Positions 12,095 to 25,349 of a DNA stretch of 64,000 nucleotides are shown here, one piece after another. The DNA is from Amoebophrya sp. A120 (lineage: Eukaryota > Protista > Dinoflagellata), in NCBI GenBank assembly GCA_905178155.1, contig CAJINV010000031.1, positions 62,001 to 126,000 of the forward strand, written 5' to 3'. A program made the translations under genes and the position numbers. Within the stretch, counting starts at the first letter, position 1. The number at the start of each line of letters is the position of its first letter. The notes beneath the pieces are model-generated. The model saw only the letters and a program-made list of their open reading frames with translations. It searched no databases and was not told the DNA's origin.

Positions 12095-15000
12095 CGACCA
12101 CACGTGCTGCGCGACGAGAGCTTTTTTTTTGTGTGACTGATATGCGTTCCTCGATCAGTAGTTCCTGTGTCTACTAACTCAATCCGCGCAAGTTCGTGGT
12201 CAAGAACATCCAAAAAATAAATTCGTCCAATTCGTCTACTAGGGTCACTACGAGACACAGAATCCGTGGTTCTGGCAGGCCAGGCGGCACGGCGAAGTGG
12301 TTTTCATGGCGGGGTGGTCGGCGCTGGCCGAAAGCGCGGAGACGGGGCGCATCGTGAAGAACAAACTGGGCCTGGTGTGGCCGGGCACCGATCTATGGAT
12401 TGCAAAAATGTCTGGGTCTGGAAGAATGCAACTTGTGATGCGCATTTCAGAACACAGAAAGATCTCTCATGCATAGGTAGCAAAAGCTGCCCACTTTCTG
12501 TCACCAAAATGTGGGATTTGTCATGCGGATTCGGCATTGCGGAAGCTTCTCGAAACCTGTGATGCTAGAGCTTCCATGTCAGACCTTCTGTGTCATGCAA
12601 AAACAGCATGACTCTTCCAGACCCAGACATTTTTACATTTGATACGATCCGGACGTGAGCGACCGACTGGAGAAGATCGGCATGAAGCAGATCTTATCAA
12701 ATGCAAAAATGTCTGGGTCTGGAAGATTCCGAGACTTGTCATGCAGGTTTTCCATGATCCATGTCATCTGGAACGCAGCACCTAGCATGATAGATTCTGC
12801 GGGATCCCTATCATGCCTATCCTGCGTGAGAAACTTCCTCTCAACTTCGTCAAAAGTGGGCAACTTTTGGCATTCATGCAACACAGATTTTTGCATGATC
12901 CAGAATTAGCATCACAAGCTCCGACCTTCCAGACCCAGACGTATTTGCATTTGATAGATCTGCAAGAAAGTGGGCGCGCCCACCCCGCCCTTCACAATCC
13001 TGTCCGGCTATCGGGTGTAAAATAGACGTCCCCACCCCAGGAGAGTTGTCTTCACGAGGAAATTTGCAGTTACAGAAGCAGTTGTAAGTAATACAAGAAA
13101 CGCGCATTTCCATCATGAGAGGCATTTTCAGTCGTGTTTTGGTTTTGGAATTTGTGTTGCAGAGGTCCCAAGGATTGACTCTTGGGTGGGGAGGACGTTG
13201 TTACTCAGGATACCGGCCAGGACTTCGTCGCGAACATCGCTGATGAGGCCTCGAAGAAGGCGCTGATCGAGAAATTTGTAGGCCAAATATTGGAAATGAA
13301 CACCGCGGTGCCAGGATTGGTATTATTTGCATTTTTATCTAGTTTGACAGCACTTATCAAGAACCGATATAAGTAATTTCTTCTAGAAGAACTATCCAAT
13401 GTTTACTTCACTTTTAGGTTCTCCCACGTGATTGGGATGATGATAGATGTTGAGGCTTGGTGGAGTAGATTGCGTAGCTAAAAAGAACTTATCTATTGGT
13501 GGAGTAGATTGCGACCGTCTGTTCGCGAACAACTGACGTCGAACTTATCTATCAGGTGAAAAGTATTCACGGTGGTGGTGGCAAGGGGAGTGCACAAGTG
13601 GCAAACCCGCGGTCGCCGGACCAGGTTCGCGCCGCGGTGTCCCAGGTCTTGAACGAGATGAAACGGGCCGACGGAGTGTACTTCGAGGAGAAAGTGAATC
13701 ACGACGGGGACGGGCGATTCTACCAGTTGGAGCTGGAGCTGGACGGCACCACCGTGGCTAACGGCGGGCGGTTCGTTTGGTTTAATATGCATAATGCAAA
13801 AGCATCGCGTTAGTTGTATAAATCGCATGACAAAGTTCCTCAGCATGAGAAATGAAATTTGTAATGCGGCTTTGACTTGAGAAAGAAATTTGTAATGCGT
13901 GAGCCGGATTAGAAGTACGAGTGCGATACTTTTGCAATGCATATTCAACAAACGCCTGCAAAAGGTGGTGGAAATCGGACTCACGGACCAGTATTTGAAG
14001 GACTTGTCGGAAGCGCACGATAGCGGCTACGGCGACGATCTGCCCTACTTCATCCCGTGGAAGCTGTACTCCCAGGCGCGGCAGTGGGCCGCCAGCATCG
14101 CGGCAGAGGCGGGCAACAACACCCGCGCGACGCTGGAGGGCCTGGTGTGGCGCGATAAGGAAAAAAAATTCCATTTCGCTTTCATCGAGTGCAACCGCCG
14201 TCCCCAGGTGGAAAACGAGGCCCTAGCGTACAAGGATGAAAACACCTTCGTTCGTTGTCGTGTCGTGTTTGTTTTCTTTGCGAACTTGTGGTCCGGGTCC
14301 GGCAGTAGTAGTACTTCGAGTCGAGGAGGGGGGCCTCACACGCGGGAGGATTGAATTTCATTTTTTTTCCTGTCAAAAAGAGGTCCGAGACGCTCGCCAA
14401 TTTTCAAAAAAGGCCCAAAAAAGTGGCCGCGCTATCGACGAGCAGGTCCCCTTAGCGCCTATGCCGTCAACTCTTTCAAATTCGCCGTCAATTCGTTTTC
14501 GACCACGTGTGGACATGATTCTATTTGGACGAAGTGTTTTCAATTGCATATCAGGCTGCTAGAGAGAGACTCTTCCAACAACCGACGCTATACATTCGCG
14601 GAACTGATGATGCGAGCAAAGGGATACCCTGGTAAGTACTACAACGTCTTGATTGATGCGCTAATCTGGATTCCAGTGTGAAAATAGCCTCCCATAAAAG
14701 TCGTAAAGTACTACTACGCTGATATAAAGTTCTTTCCAGCCGTATACAACTATTCACATGCTTATACCACTTTTATCTAACACCGATCCATCGTGAATAA
14801 ACAAGGTTCCAACATCTTCCAGCCGACGCGCATGCGGAACGTGGCGTGCCACGCTCGCTGGCTGCATGGCGACCCGGACGAGAACGGCATGATTACCTAC
14901 AAGCCCGGCGAGGTGGTGGGGATGCAGGGACCCCAGTTTGCGTTTGTGCGTTCTGAGCTGATGCCGGCGGGGGAGATCTCCTTCACCAGCGACCCGCAGC

Positions 15001-18000
15001 TGGGGAAAGTGGTCATGTTGGCCGAGAACTGGCATCGGATGTGCGTGAACGCAGAGCGGTACTTCCATATGGATTGCAAATATGTCCGGGTCTGGACGAG
15101 CGCAGGAGTTATTTGTCATGCAGATTTTGTATGCTCGACGAGGACTGGAATGTAGGTTATAGCATGACTGGTCTTGGAAAGGCAAAGGCTTTGCAATGCA
15201 TGTGATCCCGCATGAGAAATACCGTTTCAGTATGGCAAAAAAGGACCATGTTGTGCTGCCTGCGCAAGATAAATTTTTGTGTGATCTACAGGACGCATGA
15301 CAGGTTGCAACCTTCTAGACCCAGACATGTTTGCTGCAGTGGATATTCCAGCTGCGCTATCCCACGAAAAAACTGTTTCACTGTGATGATCTTGCAAGAT
15401 CTGCATCACAAGTTTGTTACACATGACACAGAAAATTTGCCATGCGCGCTTCCCAAGGGAAAAGACGCTGAAAAATCCAATGTGCTGCAAGTGTAGCAAG
15501 ACAAATCGTTCTGTGCTCCATTCTCTGCATGACAAGTTCACAGTGAAACAGTTTTTTCTTGCGATATGCGCCGCCCGCTGGTGCTTGGCGAGGGCAGCAA
15601 GTACGCCGAGTGCATGCGAATATCAAATGTAAAAACGTCTGGGTCTGGAAGAATGCAACTTGTGATGCTGCGTTTGGATTCCAAAAAAATTTGTATTGCA
15701 TGAGTACTAAAGGAAATGCAACTTTTGCTACGCTGAGAAGGCATTTGTCATGCGGAATAGGCATCAAGAAGCCCGCAAAAAATCTGTATTGCTAGGGTAT
15801 GGATCACAGACATCATGGCTCATGCAAAATCTGCATGACAAGTGTCAGAATCTTCCAGACCCAGCAGACATTTTTGCATTTGATAGCGAAGGCTGTTCGC
15901 CAACTCCGAGTTTCAGTCCGGCCGGATCGCGAGCAACGAGACCTTCTCCGCCATCGAGATCCCGAACGACCAGCGGGTAACCTGCAGCAGCACCGTGCGC
16001 GCCATGCTGGAGGGCCCCGTCGCGGACGTGCTGGTCAACGGCTACCGTCCGGGGGAGGGGATCGACCCCGACCGGTACCCTACGGAAAAGGTGCTGCGCG
16101 CGGTGGAGCGCTTGTGCGTCCGGTTAAACCGCGAGGAAGCCCCGCCCCGGACCACGGTTTTCACCAAATTCAGTCGAGGGGAGGCGACGTTGAGCGAATA
16201 CCTCGACGCACTGAGAGTGCAGTTGGACGCCCAGGGTAAATAATGATGAACCTAAGTACTTCGACTTAGTTGTAGAAGTACACGTGCACGTGTAGAATAA
16301 CTTGGACTCAATTGTACGTACAACTTGTCCACTTTCATTACCTACGATTGTCGTTGGGGATGAGAAGTGTACTAACATTAATCCTATTTGTTTCGCCAGG
16401 TGGCGGTTGGGTGACGGTTGCCCCTCGGGACACGTGCCAGCAGGGCAACGACTCCGAGTCTGCCTCCGTGCAGTCGCTTTCGCGCAAAAACGCGGAGATT
16501 TTCGGCGAGCGTGCGGGCTGCGTCGGGTTTGAGATCGGGGGTGCCCAGTTCCAAGCCGGGCTGATCCGGGGCCTCGATCCGGCCAAGGTGTTGAAGCTAG
16601 GACTGCCCTACAACGTGCCCGCCTTCTCCCTGCAGCGGTCCCAGTACGTCAACGGCCTCACGGAGCTGCCGGAAAATGTGCGCAGGAAACTGTTCGACGC
16701 GACCGCGACGCTGACCTTCGAGCACTACTTCGGGCCGGTGCTGGGCGGGGGGGAGGGGCCGCTTACCTCCGGCGAATCGAAGTCCGGGCTAATGGCCCTG
16801 AGCCAGCGCACGAGCTCGCGAAGCCTGTTTGCCCCGTCGCCGCAGAAAGGGGGAACCACAGCCGCGGCACTACCTCCGAAGCCCAGTCCGAAGATCTACC
16901 GCTCCAGCAGCGGTTCGTTGGTGCGGCCCGCGAAGGATCCCGTCAACGACGGCGACTTTCCCAACGTCCCCAGCGAGTACCTACCAGTGGCCTTTTTTCC
17001 CTACAACTTCCACGCCGGGAACTACTGGGACCGGGCGAATCCGCTGGAGAAATCGCCGCAGGACGCCACCATCTGCGAAATGCTGGATGCAGGGCTGACG
17101 CCGCTTCCTACGTGGGTCTTTTCCCCGAAGTTTCCGCTTGAATTGCTCAAACAGTGGACGAAGCGGCAACTGCAGAACTTTGAGTCCTGCCGGCGGAAGT
17201 GCGAGCAGATCCGCATCAAGAACCCGGGCCAGGGCGTGCAGTGGACGGCCGCCGCGGTGTGGGCCCACGTGGAGTGCATACTAGCTGCGTACGCCGAGAC
17301 GCAGCACCTGAAGGACCGCAACAAGTTGCCGATCATCTACATCCACAACCACGATTTCAACGGGTTCAGCGCCCACGTGGGCTATGAACTGCTGAAGTTG
17401 GCGCAGAGCAAAAAGTACCGCTACCTCGTCGTCGACTGCGGGTACCGGAAGAACGGCACCCACAACGACAACACTGTGGTCTGCGCGGCTTTGAGCTTGA
17501 CGGAAGAGCAGAAGCAGGCTCTGCAACAGTACAACGAGAATCAGCAGCTGATCGAGAAGGTGCTAACGCGGTTCGACAGTCGGGAGTCGCAAATGACACC
17601 GTGGGACAGCGAGTGGGCGGGCGGCACGGAGGGCAGCGATCTGCGGATCGCGAAGGAGTACGGGCTGAGCCCCTTGCAGATCGAGAACGCCAAGAACGTG
17701 GCCTCCGACGTGTTCCCCCTGGAGCGCGCCGTCACGCCGTTTACCACACAGAAAAAAGCAGGCAGGTCATATAATCTGTAATGCGAAAATAGATACACAA
17801 AAAAATCTGTAATGCTTATCCTAAACAGCATGCTATGGGGCCGCCCATGACAGTTTTTTTTGTGTGTTTGTTTTTGCATCACAAGTAATACGCCCCGCCT
17901 GATTTTTTCTGTGGGATACCGTTCTCGGAGTACAAGCTGCGGCTGGGCATCGCCATCATGTATCAAATGCAAAAATGTCTGGGTCTGGAGCAAAGCAACT

Positions 18001-20106
18001 TGTCATGCTATATCTGAATCATGTAAAAATCTGTGTTGCATGATTACCAAAAGCTGTCCGCTTTTGACCTAATCGAGAGGCAGTTTGTAATGCAGGATAG
18101 GCATGATAGAACTCTCACAGAATCTGCCATGCTATGTCCTCCATATCAGATCCCATGGGTCATGGAAAACCTGCATGACAAGTCTAGCATTCTTCCAGAC
18201 CCAGACATTTTTACAATCCGTATCATGATCGAGGAAGCCATTTTCCCCAAGGACACACAGTCCGTGTACAGCTTCTTGAAGACCGGCGGCAAGCTGAAGG
18301 TCGGGGGGGACGTCCTTGTGGGGCTGCACAAGTGGGAAACGCTGGTGGACAAGCCGCCGGCGGTGGATTTGCTGCTGCACAACATGCGGTCGGAGCTCGA
18401 CACCGCGCTCAATCCGGGGAGCAATGCCGGGTTTCGCCCGCATTTTGATGCATTCGGCGCCGAGCAGTACTACACCGAGCTTGGGTACGGCAAGAAAGGG
18501 AAGGATCTGTACGCGGGAAAGGTCAAGGACCTGTCCTGCATGCTGCTGTGTCCCTGGGTGCTGCAGTCCACGCCCCGGGCCCTGCCGTCCATGACAAAAA
18601 TTGACCTATTACTGGACCACGGCCGCGTGGCGCAGGTACTTAGAAGGATTTGATGTTCTTTTCGGGTCTACTTACTTATCAGTTACGCGGGATATGCATT
18701 TGCGGGGTTCTTCTTGAAGAAGTAGATTCGCTGCACTATGGTCTTTTACCAGGAGATACTAGATCGATGGTGCACAACGAACGCGGTCTGGTACTGGAGC
18801 CTCTTGTTTTCTTCATCACACATAACAATTCAGTAAATCATTCTAATTTTTTCATATATGTTTTTACCGCGATATACTTCATCTTTACAGGCTCTCTTCC
18901 GCGGATTCGGGCGGCGGCAGAATCACGGCGAGATTCTGTTGGTGTTCAGTGCGAACGGGGAGCGTATGAACTGCAGAAGTGTCCGGGTCTGGAAGAATGC
19001 TAGACTTGCCATGCAGGTTTTCCATGACCCATGAGGTCTGGTATGTAGGACATAGCATGACAGATGCTGTGAGAGTTCTATCATGCCTATTCTGCATGAG
19101 AAACTGCCTCTCGATTAGGTCAAAAGTGGACCGCTTTTGGTAATGATGCAGCACAGATTTTTACATGATTCAGATTTAGCATGACAAGTTGCTTTGTTCC
19201 AGACCCAGACATTTTTGCATTTGATAGAGCGCGTTGTGGTGTCCAAGCCGGACCCGGATGCTGTCAAGTTCCTAGTATCAAATGTAAAAATGTCTGGGTC
19301 TGGAAGAATCCAACTTGTGATGCTGCATTTGGATTCCAAAAAAATCTGTATTGCATGAGTACCAAAGGGAATGCAATTTTTGCTACGCTGAGAAGGCATT
19401 TGTCATGCGCAATAGGCATCAAGCAGCCTTCAAAAAATCTGTATTGCTAGAGTATGTATCACAGACATCATGGCTCATGCAAAACGTGCATGACAAATCT
19501 CGCATTCTTCCAGACCCAGACATTTTTACATTTGATACCTAGGCGGTGCGGACGATGCAAACCGCATGGCCGGGGACAACGAGTTCGGCATTCCGGTGCC
19601 CGGCGAGATCCTGAGCATCGATGTCGCGGTCGGGCAGAAACTGGAGCAGGAACAGCCCTTCTTCACCGTCGAGAGCATGAAGATGGAGACGCGCATATGC
19701 TGACCAAAAACGGGGCCCATACCCCAGAATTGTCATGCAGTTTTGCATTTACATACGGGAAGATTTGTAATGCGTATCTCTATAATGTTGAGAGCGGCAT
19801 TTGTAATGCTGTATTAGCAGGGCAAGCATGTGTTTTATTTTCCTGATGCGGCTGTCCTTGATGAAGATGAACTGCACTGCAGCAGGGGCGAGAGGGACTT
19901 GTCATGCGTGTTGACAACTCTGAAAGCTTCTGGCTTTTTTGTGTTGCGAAATCCCCATCTTGACCATAGGGTCGTGTGGCGTCCGTTTTTACTCAGGATC
20001 GCGCATCAGCGTACCTGCCGAATTGCACGGGAAGGTGGTTGACACGGTCATCGCAAAGCCAAAAACGGTGCTGAAGCGCGGTCAGCCGGTTATCAGCTAC
20101 AAGTAG
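10723..20106 (+). CDS. PC: Pyruvate carboxylase-like multidomain biotin enzyme (BC + CT + biotinyl carrier), about 20 introns
   Basis: After removing elements: BC motifs MAGWSALAES, LEKIGMKQICKKVGAPTPP, KRLQKVVEIG, FIECNRRPQVEN; DVLVNG; CT motifs PRDTCQQ, FEIGGAQF, RIKN, IHNHD, AVTPFS; biotin site TVESMKMET; stop TAG at 20104-20106. Start codon uncertain. Confidence 0.9.
10886..11147. mobile_element. TIR introner element, family A (262 bp)
   Basis: TATCAAATGTAAAAGTGTCTGGGTCTGGAAG...GACCCAGACATTTTTACAGTTGATA; perfect TSD cgcca. Confidence 0.95.
11216..11326. mobile_element. TIR introner element, family B (short)
   Basis: TATGGAGTGCAAAAGTATCGTACTCGTA...TACGAGTGCGATACTTTTACAATGCATG; TSD ggcga/agcaa; frame restored (LLATQP). 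Confidence 0.85.
11527..11816. mobile_element. TIR introner element, family A (diverged)
   Basis: TATCAAATGCAAG...ATTTGCACTTGATA; TSD agaca. Confidence 0.9.
12060..12093 (+). repeat. (ATG)n microsatellite inside a GT-AG intron
   Basis: About 11 copies of atg. Confidence 0.9.
12394..12644. mobile_element. TIR introner element, family A (251 bp)
   Basis: Family A TIRs; TSD cgatc. Confidence 0.95.
12695..12956. mobile_element. TIR introner element, family A (262 bp)
   Basis: Family A TIRs; TSD gatct. Confidence 0.95.
13786..13943. mobile_element. TIR introner element, family B
   Basis: TATGCATAATGCAAAAGCATCG...GCGATACTTTTGCAATGCATA; TSD tttaa/ttcaa; gives FVWFNKRLQK. Confidence 0.9.
15068..15345. 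mobile_element. TIR introner element, family A
   Basis: TATGGATTGCAAATATGTCCGGGTCTGG...GACCCAGACATGTTTGCTGCAGTGGATA; TSD ttcca. Confidence 0.92.
15358..15566. mobile_element. TIR introner element, family C
   Basis: TATCCCACGAAAAAACTGTTTCACTGTGA...TCACAGTGAAACAGTTTTTTCTTGCGATA; TSD tgcgc. Confidence 0.92.
15621..15885. mobile_element. TIR introner element, family A (opposite orientation to 10886 and 51754)
   Basis: Family A TIRs; TSD gcgaa. Confidence 0.95.
17742..17918. mobile_element. TIR introner element, family C-like
   Basis: TACCACACAGAAAAAAGCAGGC...GCCTGATTTTTTCTGTGGGATA; TSD ccgtt; gives VTPFSEYK. Confidence 0.9.
17961..18222. mobile_element. TIR introner element, family A (262 bp)
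   Basis: Family A TIRs; TSD tcatg; near-identical inverted copy of 18965-19226. Confidence 0.95.
18965..19226. mobile_element. TIR introner element, family A (262 bp)
   Basis: Family A TIRs; TSD gagcg. Confidence 0.95.
19276..19537. mobile_element. TIR introner element, family A (262 bp)
   Basis: Perfect TIR of about 33 bp; TSD cctag. Confidence 0.95.
19696..20000. mobile_element. TIR introner element, family D
   Basis: TATGCTGACCAAAAACGG...CCGTTTTTACTCAGGATC; TSD gcgca; gives MKMETRISVP. Confidence 0.9.
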
Positions 20107-22161
20107 TGGTAGAGACTGTAACGAATTTTAATTTCGTTCGTGCGGGTGGTCGAGGATTTATTTCTACTCCGCCGCGCATGTACTACCGCCGGGGCTGCAC
20201 TTGAGCTGCGATTATGTCGTCGGCAGAATGATCTTCTAGAAGGGTAAGTAGATCTTCAACTGCAACAGGTGTGTTGCAATGAGGTTGTTTCAAACGGGCA
20301 CCTTACTGTGCTAGATCAACTCCTAGTGCTATTCTGAAGCTGTAAGAAGAAGAACAGCGCCGGATGAACAAAGGGACATGAGCACCATTCTTTCCGCACT
20401 CATTTTTTGCATGAGTGTGTCTCATGTCGACGCGCGAAGGGTGAAAAGGGACAACGCGAGTAGCAAGTCACAAGATTGGTTGCCTCTGATCTACCTGGTG
20501 CAAAACCAGCGGGGTAGGTTTACTCAACTACGGAGTTAGCATGCGAAGCAGCATGCGAGGCTGCGCGCTTTGTTTTGCGCACTATATTCTAACTCTTCTT
20601 CCTTTCCATGATACTTAAAGTTTTCAGGTGCCCGATGGGCCTCTCGAACTGGTCTTTATGCTTATTACTTTGATTTTTTTGAAAATGATGAAATAGTGCG
20701 CTCAAGGAAGTAGAGCGTAGCGCGGCCGTTTCATCAAGGAACCTCACTAGACGTAGAAATAAACTATCAGACTTTCTTGAACAGCCCGGCAGCTTCGCTT
20801 GACGCGCCTTGCTGGCAGTTTTTGTATGATGAACTGACTCTCAAGAAGCACGCCAATCTATCGAAGAAGCGAAAGCAGAACGCGGCTCTTCTGTGTCGAG
20901 GACTGGTTCTTGTGCACCACGTTGTGCGTTGTTCTACCTCCGAGACAGATCGAATTATTGAGAAAAAGGATAGAAGGTGAAGGTCCATGGCGATGGTTCT
21001 CTTAGTCCGCAGCTGGTGAACCGGCGCGTTCACCAGTATGCTGGGTCCTACTCCCACATAGTACTCCTGATCATGCCTCTGGTTGGTTTGAAAGGAACAA
21101 GCCTCCCTTCCGGCGCTGTTCTTGATGCTATTCTTTTACTTTTGGTTTTCTCATCATTGTCGGCTATGGTAAGTTATGACAGCATTCTTGGTATGACAAC
21201 CATGGCACATCATCAGCACCCATGATGGATCTTGTTCACCGGATACGGTGCTGGTGCAACAGGCTTCGCCAACCTGTTTTGGTCCTAGGAAGTAGACCTT
21301 GGCGTGAAAACCTAATAGGATTGGCCTATGGTTTTAGGACGAAGCATTTGTCATGCAGTTGCTTAGCCGAATGAAAATTTTTGGCACTTTTTTTTTCCCC
21401 ACAAAAAAAAACACAGGAATCCTTGAGTCAAGTTGTGATGTCTACGGAAAGAAAAGTTTTACGCTATTGATTCGAAATAAGAGTTATTCATTGGAAATCC
21501 CACCACTCTGGAAAACCAAAATAAGTACTGACTCCTTTTACAACAACCCAAAGAATTATCTTCCTGATGTTGACCTCCTCCGTTCGCAATACCCTAAAAA
21601 ATAAAAAAATTGAAAGCGACACCAGCACGAAACGTTTATACAAAACATTTTCGTAGCAGCATAACATAAACATACACATACTAACATACATACTAAAATC
21701 CAAGCGACACAACTTTTTACCCCCGTCGGACACGTACAACCGCGATTGGCCACCACCACCTGTGTGCGGAGATCGCGAGGAGGCAAGAAGCACGGCTGTT
21801 TTTTGGTTGTTTTTGTTACCTCCTTGTCAGCACGGCGGTCGTTACGTTATGGAAGAGACACGACGCTCCAGTGTCATGGACGTTGATCCCGCTAGCCAAA
21901 GCGAGCCAGTCGTGGGAGGACCACAGGTGAGATGAAGTTGTACTGGCAGAGAGTAGCCCGTGCTCCGGCTACTTTCAGGACGATGATAGATAAAGGTGCT
22001 CGCTCATGATCGTCTTCAACACGTATGAATCTTTGTACTGCAGTTGCATTTTTGAAGATGACGACCAGCATAAATCGCTTATTCAATGTGAAAATTAATA
22101 TTCGACGAGATGAACTTCTTTAGTTGTGCCCTTCATCCCGCAATCTGAAACTACTACATCA

Positions 22162-25100
22162 GATGAATCCGTCGACTCCAATCTCAACCTCCCGGGAGGT
22201 GGACCACGAAAGTTTACTACTTCCGTCCGTGAGCGATTTAGAAACAAGCGCGGACATGATCAATACGTGTACTACTAGTTCCCCATCGGATCGTTTTTCC
22301 GCTGGGGATCTTGCTGACGCCAGTTGTGTACTTCAGGAGGAGATGACAACTACATCTTCGCAATCTGCTTCTCATACTTCTCCGGCAACGTCAAACCCTT
22401 TGGTACGCCGCGCAGGGAGTGAAGACAGGAACGAGCCGCGGGAGATGAACCTTGAAAAAGAAGCCGATGCCCAACTTCCGCACACGAGCACCTCGTCCCG
22501 AACGAACCACGTAGAAGTTCTACCAGAACACTTGAACGAGTGCTTCTACAACGATTTTCTTGCTGTAGTTGCACGACCAGTGGCACGACGATCCTCGACC
22601 ACGTTTTCGCTGACCGTTAAGGAAAAACGAAATCCGAGTTCTTCTTGTGCACAAGGGAGTTGTACCAATGCTCTGCAGACCGTGTCCTGGGACGTGACCG
22701 TCCGATCGGAGCCGTACGAGGAGTTTTTTGGCGCGGAAAATAGAGACCGGAACGTGGTATAAAGATGATTCATTGATTCTTACTGTATCTGATGCAAGAT
22801 TAAATGGGCGGTGTGGTCGTGCTTCTTGATGTTATGTTTCAACGGAGACGAATAACATTCAATTTGAGCAGTGTCTATAATGGTTGGATTTGTACTAGAG
22901 TTCTCACGAAAAAATATTAAGATCTTGCGTCTTTGCATTTGGTGATCTGGCAACATGTGAAACTCAGAGATGTCCGTAAAAATTCAGGTTCCCGTAAACA
23001 AGCAGCTTTACGCGGACCGCATAGCGACGGACGGCAGCGTATCCCGTGTAAAAACATCCCCACACCAGAGTTGTCATGCAATTCTGCATGCCAAAAAAGT
23101 TTCTCATGCGGAGCCCTATGAGAAGCATTTTGATTTTCTCTTCGTGTTTTGGAATTTGTGATGCTAGAATCAGTATGCTATGCTAGATCTGTGATGCTTC
23201 TGAACTAGCTAAACAGGATTACACTACGAGGACAAGAAAATTGTCATGCCAAACAACCAAGGCTGGTTGATTTGTCTAGCAGATTTCCCATGTTGACTCT
23301 GGTGTGGGGACGTTTTTAATCAGGATACAGTGAGGCCTTCCGCGCGTGGGACCAGATCTCTGTCCCCGATCACGACAGATGCATTAAATGGAGGCTCCTG
23401 CAGTCCGAGGCAGTACATTATTTTCCCTTGTGTTTTAGTTTTCCTTTTGGTTTTGTTCCCATTTGTGAGAAAGTCATCAAAGCGTTTGATTTATACTTAT
23501 TGTTGTGAGCAAGGGTCGTATCTGTCGTAGATAAAGTGCATCTTATCATCATCACATTTTTTTTTGTTTTGTCATTCGCACTGCGTCAAGTATTGCACCC
23601 AATTTATTCTGTTTTACAGAATGTGGTCGAAATTACGGTCAAGCCCGCAGATCCAGGCCGACCGGTAATGGGAAACGTACTGGTCGTCGAGAATGCAGTA
23701 TGAGAGTGCACAAATTCCCCTGGTGGTCCCCCTAATTTGTAGAAACATGAACAGCAATACGAACTCCAATACCGGTTGTAAATCATCATGTGGATGCTGT
23801 GCATGACAAGTTCCGGCGCTGAGTGTAGTGCTGTTCAAGCTTGCAGACTTTACGGGAGTAGTTGTTCAGCACTCTCATAAGCAGCAGAGGAAGCAGACCT
23901 GAATCGACATCCGCTGCAGTGTGCGGAGCTACGGCCCTTCGTTTTATGGCAGGGGTTGGAGCGGTTGCTTGAAGTACGATCAGAACGTGGTCGGGGAGAA
24001 CTACTACGCCAAAATGTCGCTACTTCTCCTAGAACAACGCTGCTAGCAGAACGCAATTCAACATCTTTGGCATCCTCGTCGTCGTCGTCATCGTCATCGG
24101 CGCATCATCATGGACGTACTATTATTCTCGGGGAGCAGCCCTCCGAAGACGTCGAGGGTGTCGCGGCCTCCAGACTGGAAGTTTCGAGGGCGGAAGAAGC
24201 GCAAGAATTTAAGGAGCGCTGTGGGAAACTCTCGGTTATGTGCTGGAAATTGCACAATTCGAACATTCAGTTGGAGGGAGAAAAAATTGAGGTATACCAC
24301 GTATTTTTCGGGGTTGGAGACTTATTACTTAAGTATAAAAAATGCAGCTGTAAGACAAATATTTCGATGATAATTATGTTAATGTTAGGACATCTTCATG
24401 TTTGTTAATTTTTGGGCCCTCTTTGTATGTAGTCGTGGGGATGATTGAAGAAAACAGACCAATTTTCCGATGAAGCTTTTTCCTGCTTTGGACTGACCAG
24501 GCTACCGAGGCAGCGGAGTCAGCGAACACGGAGCGCGACCGACTAGTCAAGATGGTTCTGGAAATGGATTCTGCGCACAAATCGGAACAAGAAAGGTTGG
24601 CGTCTCACGCCGACGACTTGGCCGCACAACTGAAGGACGCCAACGAGAGTAGGGAGGCGTTGCAGAAAACGTGTTTGGAGCAACTTCGGGAGGTGGTGCA
24701 ACTGCAAAGTGTGAGTGCGGCAACTGCGTCGCGTGAGGAAGCTGCGCTGGCACGGGAAGCAATTGCGAAGCAGGCCTTGTCTACCGCTTTAGCGCGAGTG
24801 GCAGTGCTTGAAGACGATGAGCGAATGCGGCAGGGTTCGCAGGAGCAGGAAGAACCATTGTTGCCCCCGGCCGAAAGCGAGTCGTGTATTCGGGCACGGA
24901 TAGCCGAGGAGAGGTGTCGCCAACTGGAAGCCAGAGAGATGACGCACCTGAATACCATATCCTGAGTAAAAACGGGGGGCCAATAACCGATAGTCAATAT
25001 GGCGAATGTGATAGTCAATATGGCAAATTTTCGGCACGACAAATCAACAACTTTTGGCCGTTGCGCATGACAAGTTAGAGATCGTAGCATAATCGTCTTT

Positions 25101-25349
25101 AGTTAAGTAGTACTAGGCAGTGCAGCAGATGCACCATCACACAGCGTTTTCGGCATGGTGCAGCAGATTCGTATGCGAACTCTGGGTATCGTGGGGCCGA
25201 CGTTTTTATTCCTCTCGATATACCATCAGCGAACTCCGAGACCAGGTCCGGTCCCGCGAGACGCAGCTGGAGCTGTGCGAAGTCGCGTTCAAAGAATGTG
25301 CGGGGGTTGTCAAGGAATTGCAAGCGGAAAAGATGATGCTGAAAGCAGG
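22162..25349 (+). CDS. Hypothetical multi-exon protein with coiled-coil region (may be the 5' part of the next gene)
   Basis: Exonic ORFs at 22124, 22970, 23956, 24552; Glu/Ala/Leu-rich heptad-like sequence; frame restored across two elements. Confidence 0.55.
23040..23327. mobile_element. TIR introner element, family D
   Basis: TATCCCGTGTAAAAACATCCCCACACCAGAGT...ACTCTGGTGTGGGGACGTTTTTAATCAGGATA; TSD cagcg/cagtg. Confidence 0.92.
24958..25220. mobile_element. TIR introner element, family D
   Basis: TATCCTGAGTAAAAACG...CGTTTTTATTCCTCTCGATA; TSD tacca; gives HLNTISELRDQ. Confidence 0.9.

Noticed and set aside
13458-13552. Two-copy repeat GGTGGAGTAGATTGCG...GAACTTATCTAT
   Set aside because: Local duplication inside a probable canonical intron; no further structure.
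10886-19537. Recurrent 30-bp sequence that might suggest a CRISPR array
   Set aside because: Copies are inverted pairs about 260 bp apart with TSDs, scattered through eukaryotic exons; there is no regular repeat-spacer structure and no cas gene.
23530-23850. Single GCATGACAAG box in an intron-like region
   Set aside because: No TIR pair identifiable.
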